Below are positions 26,981 to 34,975 of a DNA stretch of 53,661 nucleotides, piece after piece. Origin of the DNA: a virus (taxonomy: Duplodnaviria > Caudoviricetes). Location: positions 1 through 53,661 of the IMG/VR virus record IMGVR_UViG_3300037634_002371; one strand, given 5' to 3'. The notes beneath the pieces are model-generated. The model had not been told where the DNA came from. It saw only the letters and a list, made by a program, of their open reading frames with translations, and ran no database searches. The first letter of the stretch is position 1. The number at the start of each line of letters is the position of its first letter. The position numbers and the translations under genes are program-made.

Positions 26981-28621
26981 ATGATAAAACTACTGGCGCT
27001 ACGTACAACCAGATGGGCTGCTTGCGTGACTGCTTTATTATTGGTAATTCTTTATTTATCAAACCCAATTTTAATTCAAAAAGCAAGACTTTCAACTTTC
27101 GATTATTACCAAACGTTTGGAACTAATTATGAATCCAAAAGTATAGTCTTATTAAACATTTCGGATGCGGCTCTAAAGAAACAAGGTCAATGGCCTTGGA
27201 AAAGAGATGTTATAGGTCGTACTGTAATCAACGCATATAAAAATGGTGCGGCTCTAGTCTTTGTAAATTTAGTTTTTGTACATAAAGATAGACTTGGTGG
27301 TGATGAAATGTTTTTGAAGATGATAACCAAGTACCCTATCATATTAACCGAAACAAGTCAAGCAAAAAACCTAGAAAGTATAAAAAGAAAAGTATTAGCT
27401 GTAGGTGATGTTGAAGTTCCTGTTGATGTTGATGGCACTATTAGAAAACTTCCTCTAAAAAATTCTGTGCCTGAAGTCATTTTAAAAGTAATAAAATTTC
27501 CTATCCCAAAACAAGATGATGTATATATTGATTTTAGACATCAAATTCCTAGAATAGATTATGCTGATAATGATTGGTCTAATATGAAAGGTAAAATAGT
27601 TTTTATTGGAACAACTTTCAAAGGTTCTACTTTCGTTCTTACTCCCAATGGGTTAAAAAACACACATGAAATTATGGCCTTATCAACTGAAACATTATTG
27701 TCTGGTAAATATATTAAAAGGCCTGAATGGACTCCATATGCCGAAGCTTCTTTACTTTTTGCCACCCTCATTTTTGCAATCTTGTTTGTTCCTAGATTAG
27801 GAGTAGGGATGAGTCTAGTACCATTTTCGTTATACACTATTATTGTTGCTTTGTCAAGCATTATTTTATGGAATAAATATATGATATTAACAGACTGGTT
27901 AATACCTTTCTCTATTGCCTTTATTGTCTTTGCACATTTAATCTATAATAATTTTGCTAGAGAGAATAGATTAAAACTACAAATCAAAAAACAATTTGAA
28001 CACTATCTTGCTCCTGCAATGGTTAAAAAATTACAAAAGGATCCTTCACTATTAAGATTAGGTGGTGAAAGAAAAGTATTAACATTTTTATTTTCTGACA
28101 TAAGAGGCTTCACTCCCATATCAGAATCTATGAAAGGTGAACCTGAAAAACTTACTCGTTATGTAAATAAATTTCTAACTGCTATGACTGATATTATATT
28201 AAAGAACGGTGGGACTATAGACAAATATATGGGTGATTGTATTATGGCATTTTGGAATGCACCAATAGATTGTCCTAATCATAAAAATATGGCTATTAAA
28301 TCTGCAATAGAAATGAAAAATAAATTAGAATTAATGAATAAACAAAAAGAATTTGTACCACCATTGAATATAGGTATAGGTATTAATACAGGTGATTGTC
28401 TTGTAGGTAATATGGGGTCTGAACAACGCTTTGATTATTCAGTAATTGGAGACGCTGTAAATCTTGCTAGTAGATTAGAAGGTATTAGTAAAAACTATGA
28501 TACAAATATTATTATAGGACAAGATACATATAAAAATTTAAATTCTATAATAGATTTATATGAATTAGATAAAGTACAAGTTAAAGGTAAAACTGAAAAG
28601 GTAACTATTTACTCTTTATAA
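26981..28621 (+). CDS. CHASE2-domain membrane adenylate cyclase (class III)
   Basis: N-terminal TM, GQWPWKR/DVDGTIR/KGKIVFIG CHASE2 motifs, three TMs, FSDIRGFT, IDKYMGD, GIGINTG, DYSVIGDAVNLASRLEG. Confidence 0.93.
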   Translation: MIKLLALRTTRWAACVTALLLVILYLSNPILIQKARLSTFDYYQTFGTNYESKSIVLLNISDAALKKQGQWPWKRDVIGRTVINAYKNGAALVFVNLVFVHKDRLGGDEMFLKMITKYPIILTETSQAKNLESIKRKVLAVGDVEVPVDVDGTIRKLPLKNSVPEVILKVIKFPIPKQDDVYIDFRHQIPRIDYADNDWSNMKGKIVFIGTTFKGSTFVLTPNGLKNTHEIMALSTETLLSGKYIKRPEWTPYAEASLLFATLIFAILFVPRLGVGMSLVPFSLYTIIVALSSIILWNKYMILTDWLIPFSIAFIVFAHLIYNNFARENRLKLQIKKQFEHYLAPAMVKKLQKDPSLLRLGGERKVLTFLFSDIRGFTPISESMKGEPEKLTRYVNKFLTAMTDIILKNGGTIDKYMGDCIMAFWNAPIDCPNHKNMAIKSAIEMKNKLELMNKQKEFVPPLNIGIGINTGDCLVGNMGSEQRFDYSVIGDAVNLASRLEGISKNYDTNIIIGQDTYKNLNSIIDLYELDKVQVKGKTEKVTIYSL

Positions 28622-28624
28622 CGC

Positions 28625-28963
28625 CTAATACAACCAATCATCTATTTTTTTTTTAACCATTTTTAAGGTTTTGGACTTTCGTAATTGTATTATTTGATTT
28701 GAAGAATATAAACCAGAAAGTTTTGGCCATTTGGCATAATGGTCTACAATACATAACCAGCATTCCTGGTGAGCTGGGTCTCCATCACGCAACGACCCTT
28801 GTAGTTCACATTTTCTTTCACGACAAAAACTATATTTTCCTTTTCTAAATTTAGGTAACTTAACACCTGATTTCATTTTGCTTGTAGGTAACTTAACAGA
28901 TTTCATTGTACTACCTTCTATTTTAGAAATGTACTTTTCTTTAGGTGACTTAACAGATTTCAT
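28625..28963 (-). CDS. basic protein with three MKS(G)VK.P repeats and Cys cluster
   Basis: AAGGAG SD before ATG 28963; four Cys and two His in the C-half. Confidence 0.6.
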   Translation of the reverse strand: MKSVKSPKEKYISKIEGSTMKSVKLPTSKMKSGVKLPKFRKGKYSFCRERKCELQGSLRDGDPAHQECWLCIVDHYAKWPKLSGLYSSNQIIQLRKSKTLKMVKKKIDDWLY

Positions 28964-29046
28964 TATTAATTGTCTCCTTGAATGGATATTTATGAAGCTA
29001 CTGCTCATCACCAAAAAGATTTGATTCAAATCAATATTCGGCCGTT

Positions 29047-29211
29047 TTATTTTCTATCTGTTAACTTATTAATAAGTTCAAACGCAACTTTAACTTTCTC
29101 TTCCAATACTTTTATTCTATAATGTGATTGTGCTAAAGTTATTATTAATAATATAAAAGCAACAAATATTGGCCATAATTTTGTTAATATTGTAATTAAT
29201 TCCAAGTCCAT
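29047..29211 (-). CDS. 54-aa TM plus coiled-coil protein (not in ORF track)
   Basis: MDLELITILTKLWPIFVAFILLIITLAQSHYRIKVLEEKVKVAFELINKLTDRK, TAATG coupled. Confidence 0.7.
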   Translation of the reverse strand: MDLELITILTKLWPIFVAFILLIITLAQSHYRIKVLEEKVKVAFELINKLTDRK

Positions 29212-29444
29212 TATTCTTCCCTAATTATATACTTAATAGGATATTCTGATTTAATAATAACGTGTTTTTTAGTTTCTGTATTTTGAAACATAATATGGTT
29301 TAGTTTAACTTCTTTAAACTTACGCACACGTACTTTATTTTCTTTTCCTTCCCACCAATAAATGAGTTCAGCAGGATGACCAACTATGAAAAACCAAATG
29401 GCTTTTAAAACTGACCATATACCTTTAAAAAAATTCTTTATCAT
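29211..29444 (-). CDS. hypothetical protein
   Basis: start MIKNFF at 29444 is coupled to the Cys-rich peptide stop. Confidence 0.65.
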   Translation of the reverse strand: MIKNFFKGIWSVLKAIWFFIVGHPAELIYWWEGKENKVRVRKFKEVKLNHIMFQNTETKKHVIIKSEYPIKYIIREE

Positions 29445-29572
29445 TATTGTATTATTGTTACTTCTGGTCGTTCTTTTGCACACGCTGAACAATCACATTT
29501 TTTACACTCACATTTTGAGCAAGTTTCTGGACAATGTGCTTCACACTTACAATTTTTGCAATCTTCTGCCAT
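29444..29572 (-). CDS. metallothionein-like 42-aa peptide (not in ORF track)
   Basis: MAEDCKNCKCEAHCPETCSKCECKKCDCSACAKERPEVTIIQ, 10 Cys, AAGGAG SD, TAATG overlaps both ends. Confidence 0.75.
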   Translation of the reverse strand: MAEDCKNCKCEAHCPETCSKCECKKCDCSACAKERPEVTIIQ

Positions 29573-29937
29573 TATTCTTTCTCCTTATCTTTTTTTGGTT
29601 CATAATATTCTTTATATTGGTCAAGTAAATCATTTGTAATTTTCAATTGATTTCTAATTCTAGCAAAATTCTTTGCAAGTAATTCAAAATCTTTATCTGT
29701 TAATCCAAATAAAACAGGATCAATTCCTTGTTCTTCTAATTTTTGGAATACTTCTTCTGCATTTTCTGAAGTTATAATAATCCATCTTAATTGTTCTAAC
29801 TCTAATGGCGTAGGCTTCTCTAATTGAAGTTCTTGCCTAGGAACTTCTGTCTTAAATATCTCTAACTTTTTTACAGCCCCACAACTAGTAAGTATAAGAC
29901 CTATTAAAATAATGCTAATTACTTGTACGATTTTCAT
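29572..29937 (-). CDS. outer-membrane lipoprotein, probable o-spanin
   Basis: lipobox LTSC, Pro-containing linker, C-terminal helix; downstream of the i-spanin candidate. Confidence 0.7.
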   Translation of the reverse strand: MKIVQVISIILIGLILTSCGAVKKLEIFKTEVPRQELQLEKPTPLELEQLRWIIITSENAEEVFQKLEEQGIDPVLFGLTDKDFELLAKNFARIRNQLKITNDLLDQYKEYYEPKKDKEKE

Positions 29938-30021
29938 AATACTTTTTCATTCCTATTCTCGTATGGAAAGCGTTGTTGCGATACCTATAATGCCTGCGTA
30001 ATAATAGATTTTGTCCATCAT

Positions 30022-30029
30022 TATTTATA
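30022..30029 (-). promoter_or_regulatory. T4-type late promoter upstream of o-spanin
   Basis: TATAAATA on minus strand. Confidence 0.6.
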
Positions 30030-30732
30030 TTATGGGCGCCAGCTCATGGATGCTTTTCCAATCGCTTGTTACATAATTTATAATTATATTTTTCCTAACG
30101 CCTTGAATATTTTGTCTTGGAACGCCGTGCCATGTGTCTTTTCCAGACATAAACATTAGACCTAGATTCGATTTATATGGAGCTTTAGAATGAAAACTTA
30201 AATCTTTGTTATATATTGTAGTTCCCCATTCACTAGAGCTCGGATCTTTTGAAAGATAAACAAGAAATGTTAATAATTTTTCCTTAATATCAAGATGAGG
30301 TTCTAACCAAAAATCTCCTGTATCCATGGTATATTCAATTCTTAATTTACCTTGGGCTAAATCTCTTCCACAGATATTTCCTAGTTGAGAAACAATACCA
30401 GGATTATTAAAAACATTAACAATATTTCTTACAACAGGATACTTGTCACAGTTCTCTTTGTTAAAAAATATTCTTGTTTGATTTTGACTTTCTCTTTTGC
30501 CAGTATGTTTTTCTATTTTTGGTAATGGCAGTTTGAGATTTAAAAGTTCATCAATAGTTTCGTCTAATAAAACACCATCGTATAACCAGTGATTAAATGG
30601 TTCGGTTATAGGCATCACCTTACCTAAATTTTCAGTAACTTTTTCTAATAATAACTCGCTTTCCTGTCCAGGAAATTTAAACGAAGTTTCATTCCTGGAT
30701 TGCCATAAACTGCCGCACGAAGTTTCATTCAT
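30025..30732 (-). CDS. 2OG-Fe(II) oxygenase
   Basis: PHLD, TWHG, VRKN; aligns by eye with 8356..8997. Confidence 0.8.
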   Translation of the reverse strand: MNETSCGSLWQSRNETSFKFPGQESELLLEKVTENLGKVMPITEPFNHWLYDGVLLDETIDELLNLKLPLPKIEKHTGKRESQNQTRIFFNKENCDKYPVVRNIVNVFNNPGIVSQLGNICGRDLAQGKLRIEYTMDTGDFWLEPHLDIKEKLLTFLVYLSKDPSSSEWGTTIYNKDLSFHSKAPYKSNLGLMFMSGKDTWHGVPRQNIQGVRKNIIINYVTSDWKSIHELAPII

Positions 30733-31358
30733 GTTATTCTCCTAGCTTTTGCTATTCTTTTCATTCTTTCACTTACCATTTGTCTCCATTCTGGTGTTCT
30801 AAACGCCGAGTTATCTCTTGCGCCACTTGATAATTTATTACCTATCATATCAGGTCTTTTGTTACCTTTATTTGCTTTACTAATTTTGTTTTTTGTTTCT
30901 TCACTTAATTTTTTACCTAGTTTATATGCTCTAACTTTTTCTGATATTCTTGCTCTTATCTCTGGTGTAAGGTCAGGTCTATTACCACCTTTTTTATTTG
31001 ATTTTTGAACACCTTTGAGACCTTTATTCCAAGCAGGTTTTCCTTTGTTTTTTCCTTTGAGTGCTAAAGATAACTTTAATCTTGTTTCTGGACCTGGCAC
31101 GTGACCATCACCACCTTCAGTTTTGTTTCTTAAAATACCTGTGCCTAAATCTTTACGACCATATTTTAAAATCTCACTTACCTCTAATTTATGAGCCTGT
31201 TCTTCAGTAAAATTGTTTTTGATAATTTTTATTCTATCTACTGGTGGTCTATATTTTCTTCTTTTTTCAAATGCTCTATTAGTCTGTCCTTTACCTACAT
31301 AATAAGGCGTGCCATCTTCTCTTAACCAGTGATAAACATAAAATCTATTAGCATTCAT
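30729..31358 (-). mobile_element. free-standing GIY-YIG homing endonuclease with NUMOD3-type repeats
   Basis: FYVY...YYVGKG...R, conserved E and LRN; KKLSEETKNKISKANKG and PETRLKLSLALKG repeats. Confidence 0.8.
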
Positions 31359-31363
31359 ATATC

Positions 31364-31371
31364 TATTTATA
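31364..31371 (-). promoter_or_regulatory. T4-type late promoter for the homing endonuclease
   Basis: TATAAATA 5 nt before the ATG. Confidence 0.65.
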
Positions 31372-31392
31372 CAATAAGGAACATAGTAAAGA

Positions 31393-31863
31393 TTAATAAT
31401 TTATGAAATTCGGATTTGCTATTGACGGACATTCAGAATTGATTTCTGACTTCTTTGTAGCATTCTTTTCTTTCTCCGTTAATGGTGATCCACTTGCAAT
31501 CTCAATACATCTTGTAGCCAATGCACTTGCACCGTTTGTTATTCTCTCAATAGATTTAGTTTTAGCAATTGCAAGTTTGCCTACATCCCTATTTTTTTTG
31601 TTAAATCTTTTATCTAAATCATCAAGGTCTTTTTTAAGGGCACTCACAAGCTCATTCATCTTTTGATTAGCAGCCAATATTTCTTTAAAGTCTGCCTCTT
31701 GCTTGGCAATCAGCTCCTTTTGGGAGCTGACTGCTTCTTCTAGTTTGATTTGATTTGCTTTTAAGATTGCATTATCACTACGCAGTTTCATAACATACAT
31801 TCCAGCGCCAGATATACCAGCGATAATAATAACTACAAACATCATCTTTAAATAACCAAACAT
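31393..31863 (-). CDS. probable i-spanin
   Basis: single N-terminal TM, long periplasmic coiled coil, two C-terminal Cys. Confidence 0.7.
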   Translation of the reverse strand: MFGYLKMMFVVIIIAGISGAGMYVMKLRSDNAILKANQIKLEEAVSSQKELIAKQEADFKEILAANQKMNELVSALKKDLDDLDKRFNKKNRDVGKLAIAKTKSIERITNGASALATRCIEIASGSPLTEKEKNATKKSEINSECPSIANPNFINY

Positions 31864-31869
31864 TTTAAA

Positions 31870-32028
31870 TTAGTCTTTCTTTATAATAGCCCAAGCGCCA
31901 TATGCAATTGCAGCCCAAGCCGCAATTTTAGCTACGGGACTAAAGAATAAAACCACAACACCTAGGCCAATCAAAACGCCTCCGTGTAGTGATGTTAATT
32001 CTTTTACTCTTCCTGATAACCATTCCAT
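31870..32028 (-). CDS. 52-aa two-TM protein, holin candidate (not in ORF track)
   Basis: MEWLSGRVKELTSLHGGVLIGLGVVVLFFSPVAKIAAWAAIAYGAWAIIKKD, AGGAGG SD, directly upstream of i-spanin. Confidence 0.6.
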   Translation of the reverse strand: MEWLSGRVKELTSLHGGVLIGLGVVVLFFSPVAKIAAWAAIAYGAWAIIKKD

Positions 32029-32051
32029 AGATTGTTTCCTCCTATGTACGT

Positions 32052-32300
32052 TTATTTATCTGACTCTTTAATGTCAGCTAACTTCTCTAACCTTTTAATT
32101 CTTTTCATTAGATTAGGAAATTTCTTTATCAACTTTTCTTCCTTTGATAAAACTTGAATATTATATCTATTAGCAGCCCAATTATAACATTGTTCTACTT
32201 TTGCATAAAACCATATGCCCATTTTAGTTTTTCTAAACCAAGCATTTGTTGACTGCCCAAGTATTGCACCTGCTATGCTTGTTATCATCCAAAACCACAT
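32052..32300 (-). CDS. membrane-associated hypothetical protein
   Basis: 82 aa, hydrophobic N-terminus. Confidence 0.7.
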   Translation of the reverse strand: MWFWMITSIAGAILGQSTNAWFRKTKMGIWFYAKVEQCYNWAANRYNIQVLSKEEKLIKKFPNLMKRIKRLEKLADIKESDK

Positions 32301-32794
32301 TATATATTATCCTTGTTAGGTTTTATACTCCATCTGCCAAACAATGCAACTGAATAATAAGCAGAATATATTTTCCATTTTGGTACAGACGGCTCTGCGT
32401 CTTTCATACCACATAGAAATACTTTGTCAGCTGCTTTCTTTGCAGCTTTAACTAACCATTTATCTTCTCCAAGAGTTACACCATCACCTATTTCTATCGC
32501 CATTCTATGGCGATATTGTCTTATTCTTTTATATAATAAATCGTGTATAATAGCTGCCCTTGCAACGTCCCAAGGTGCTATTAAATTCCAACATATTCTA
32601 GGTACTGAAGCTAAGTCAGTTGTAAATCCTTTTTTAACAACTACTTTTCTTCCTTCTAATTTAACACCAATATCAGCTAATGTATTTAATTCATCTTTTG
32701 ATAAATCGGTACAGTCATACATTAAAGGCTTTTGCATTACCCATTTTCTAGGTGGATTATATTCAGCAGTTATTTTTGCGTTAAATGCTCCCAT
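32300..32794 (-). CDS. DUF1353-family protein
   Basis: GFTTDLASVPR, AAIIHDLLY, ADKVF. Confidence 0.8.
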   Translation of the reverse strand: MGAFNAKITAEYNPPRKWVMQKPLMYDCTDLSKDELNTLADIGVKLEGRKVVVKKGFTTDLASVPRICWNLIAPWDVARAAIIHDLLYKRIRQYRHRMAIEIGDGVTLGEDKWLVKAAKKAADKVFLCGMKDAEPSVPKWKIYSAYYSVALFGRWSIKPNKDNI

Positions 32795-32809
32795 ATTACT
32801 TATTCTCCT

Positions 32810-32932
32810 CTAGCAACCATTTGTATGTTCTGTGTGTACTTCTGGAGCAAATATTCCTGATTGCCATAACACAACTGCTACAACAACTACAACAGCTGCC
32901 CACAGCCATTTATTTTTAAGAATTTTTTTCAT
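32810..32932 (-). CDS. 40-aa single-TM peptide (not in ORF track)
   Basis: MKKILKNKWLWAAVVVVVAVVLWQSGIFAPEVHTEHTNGC, abuts upstream stop. Confidence 0.65.
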   Translation of the reverse strand: MKKILKNKWLWAAVVVVVAVVLWQSGIFAPEVHTEHTNGC

Positions 32933-33283
32933 TTATTTTCCTTCTTTTGGTCCGTAACCTTTAGGGGTTACATCTGTTATTTTGTATTTAACATTTCTAT
33001 TTTTCAATTCTTTTGCTATTTTATCTGCAACATTTTTATCTTTTATATTACCAGACTTATCAAAATATTTAGCTAGATGAGCTGGCAATTGTTTATTAGC
33101 ATTAAGAGAAGTCATAGGTTTATATGTTCCATGACCTGGTCCTGAGTAAGTTGCAAATACAGTAGAGTATTTTCTATGTTGTGGGAAATGTTGTGTTCCA
33201 CCCATAGACCCCATAGGTTTAGCTATACTCATAGGACCTACAGAAAATCCTCTACTTACCATAAACTCACTAAAGGTTTTCAT
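32933..33283 (-). CDS. putative capsid-internal protein
   Basis: N-terminus MKTFSEF resembles the T4 internal-protein leader. Confidence 0.55.
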   Translation of the reverse strand: MKTFSEFMVSRGFSVGPMSIAKPMGSMGGTQHFPQHRKYSTVFATYSGPGHGTYKPMTSLNANKQLPAHLAKYFDKSGNIKDKNVADKIAKELKNRNVKYKITDVTPKGYGPKEGK

Positions 33284-34026
33284 TACATTTTTCTCCCTGA
33301 TTTTTTTAACTCTTTTACATAGTCATCAATCTCATCACTAAAATCCGAAAGTAGTTTAGTAGCAGCGTCATCTCTTACAGACCCAGGAACTAATCTACTT
33401 CTTGGACCTTCTACTTCTTTTACTTTATTATCTACTGCATATCTAAATAATTTTACTGCTAAATTTTTATTAAAAATTCCTTTATTCTTTTTTCTTGCTA
33501 AATTTTTTATGATAGGTTGTATCTGTTTTGTATATAAATCTGCGTCATTGGATACTTGTAAAGATATTTCTCTGGAATTCATTTCATTTACAGTTGTTTG
33601 TTTTATAAACTTTTTAATAAAATCTTTAAACCCATCTTTTTTATTTTTCTTTTTATATGAATCTCCTTGAGCCTTTGTAAACCCTGGTTCGTGTGTTGGT
33701 GGTAACGCAACATTAGAACCATCCCCTACTGCATTAGCAGGAGCGTCTTCTCCCATACTTAATAGACCACCATAAGTTTTATTGATAGTATCTTTTTTAA
33801 ATCCCCACCTATCCATTAATGCTTTTTTAGCAATATAAGAAACAAAATTAATTTTTGCTCTTGCTAAAGCGTCTACCGTATCAAATTCTTTATCATTAAT
33901 CCATTTAACTAACGCTTTATATTTCTCACCTGTTGGATTAACTGTTTTAACAGTCGCCCATTGTTTTCTCAAATTAGCTATTTGAGAAGTAGTAAAGGAT
34001 TCTCTTAATCTTTTTAAATTTATCAT
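33283..34026 (-). CDS. modular putative head-internal protein
   Basis: segments separated by LRE, MGE and VNE sites; EDAPANAVG motif. Confidence 0.55.
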   Translation of the reverse strand: MINLKRLRESFTTSQIANLRKQWATVKTVNPTGEKYKALVKWINDKEFDTVDALARAKINFVSYIAKKALMDRWGFKKDTINKTYGGLLSMGEDAPANAVGDGSNVALPPTHEPGFTKAQGDSYKKKNKKDGFKDFIKKFIKQTTVNEMNSREISLQVSNDADLYTKQIQPIIKNLARKKNKGIFNKNLAVKLFRYAVDNKVKEVEGPRSRLVPGSVRDDAATKLLSDFSDEIDDYVKELKKSGRKM

Positions 34027-34613
34027 AGTCTAATCCTCTCTATGTTATCCTCTGATACTCTTATAATTTTTTTAGATTCTTCATTAATAACATCATATAA
34101 ATGCGTCCCTAAATAAGTATCAGTAGGTTTTGAATCATTTGTTGTATAAACAATATCTCCTACATCAGCAGTTTCAATACCTTCTAAATTTTCTAATCTA
34201 TCAACCATAGTATATCTACCTTTAGGTAAATAATCAAACCCAACACTTTCTTTTATATCATCATCAAGTATTAAATGACCTTCTTTTTTTAAAAATTTAT
34301 ATAATTGTTTTTCAAGTGGATCTTTTGGTATATTTTTATCTTCTTTTAAAAGTAAAGCTAATGCTACTGCATAAGTTCCTATCTTTGACTTAACACCTGG
34401 TATTGCATTCATTAATCTTTTTAAATTAAAAACGAACCTATGCAATAAGGTATAGGCATTTTTTTCTTTAGCTGTTGTAAGCATTTTATTTTTTTTTAAT
34501 ACCTTACCTTTATTGTCTATAATACCCAACTTAAAAGCTTCGTGCTTTTCAAATGGTGTTACTAACATTTTGATAACTCTATAAGTTATCATTAAGTCTA
34601 TTGCTCTTCCCAT
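34023..34613 (-). CDS. T4-like phage hypothetical protein
   Basis: AFKLGIIDNKG...HRFVFNLKRL; coupled ORF. Confidence 0.75.
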   Translation of the reverse strand: MGRAIDLMITYRVIKMLVTPFEKHEAFKLGIIDNKGKVLKKNKMLTTAKEKNAYTLLHRFVFNLKRLMNAIPGVKSKIGTYAVALALLLKEDKNIPKDPLEKQLYKFLKKEGHLILDDDIKESVGFDYLPKGRYTMVDRLENLEGIETADVGDIVYTTNDSKPTDTYLGTHLYDVINEESKKIIRVSEDNIERIRL

Positions 34614-34975
34614 TATAATTTCCCTAAATTAGTTAATATGGACTTGTTTATTTTAACACTTGGCATTTCATCCTCTTGTATAGAATTTAAATATACCAAA
34701 AATGTTTTTAATAAAGCCCAAAAATTTCTTTCAATTTTATAAAATAACAAGGTACAAGCTGCATCCATACCAAAAACATTTTGTAAAACAATAATATGAT
34801 TTATTATCAATCTTGTTTTCAATTCGCCTGTAGATTTATATTTACGAAATAAACGCTTAATGTATTTAAATCGTTTCAAATCTTCATAAAACTCTTGTTC
34901 CGAATCTAAATTAGGAACATTGTAGTTTTTTATAGCGAAAAATAACCAATTATCTCTTGTTATCTTTGTGAACAT
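34613..34975 (-). CDS. T4-like phage hypothetical protein
   Basis: EFYEDLKRFKYIKRL...RLIINHIIVLQNVFG. Confidence 0.75.
   Translation of the reverse strand: MFTKITRDNWLFFAIKNYNVPNLDSEQEFYEDLKRFKYIKRLFRKYKSTGELKTRLIINHIIVLQNVFGMDAACTLLFYKIERNFWALLKTFLVYLNSIQEDEMPSVKINKSILTNLGKL

Noticed and set aside
26981-28621. Cyclase as part of a Pycsar or CBASS defence system
   Set aside because: CHASE2-TM architecture and ATP-specifying residues match sensory cyclases; no cyclic-nucleotide-binding effector gene is adjacent
28854-28963. Spaced repeats considered as a mini-CRISPR array
   Set aside because: Only three imperfect copies with unequal spacing, all in frame within a coding sequence, and no cas genes
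29938-31392. Possible group I intron around the GIY-YIG gene
   Set aside because: Both flanking genes look complete, there is little non-coding space for an intron core, and the endonuclease has its own promoter
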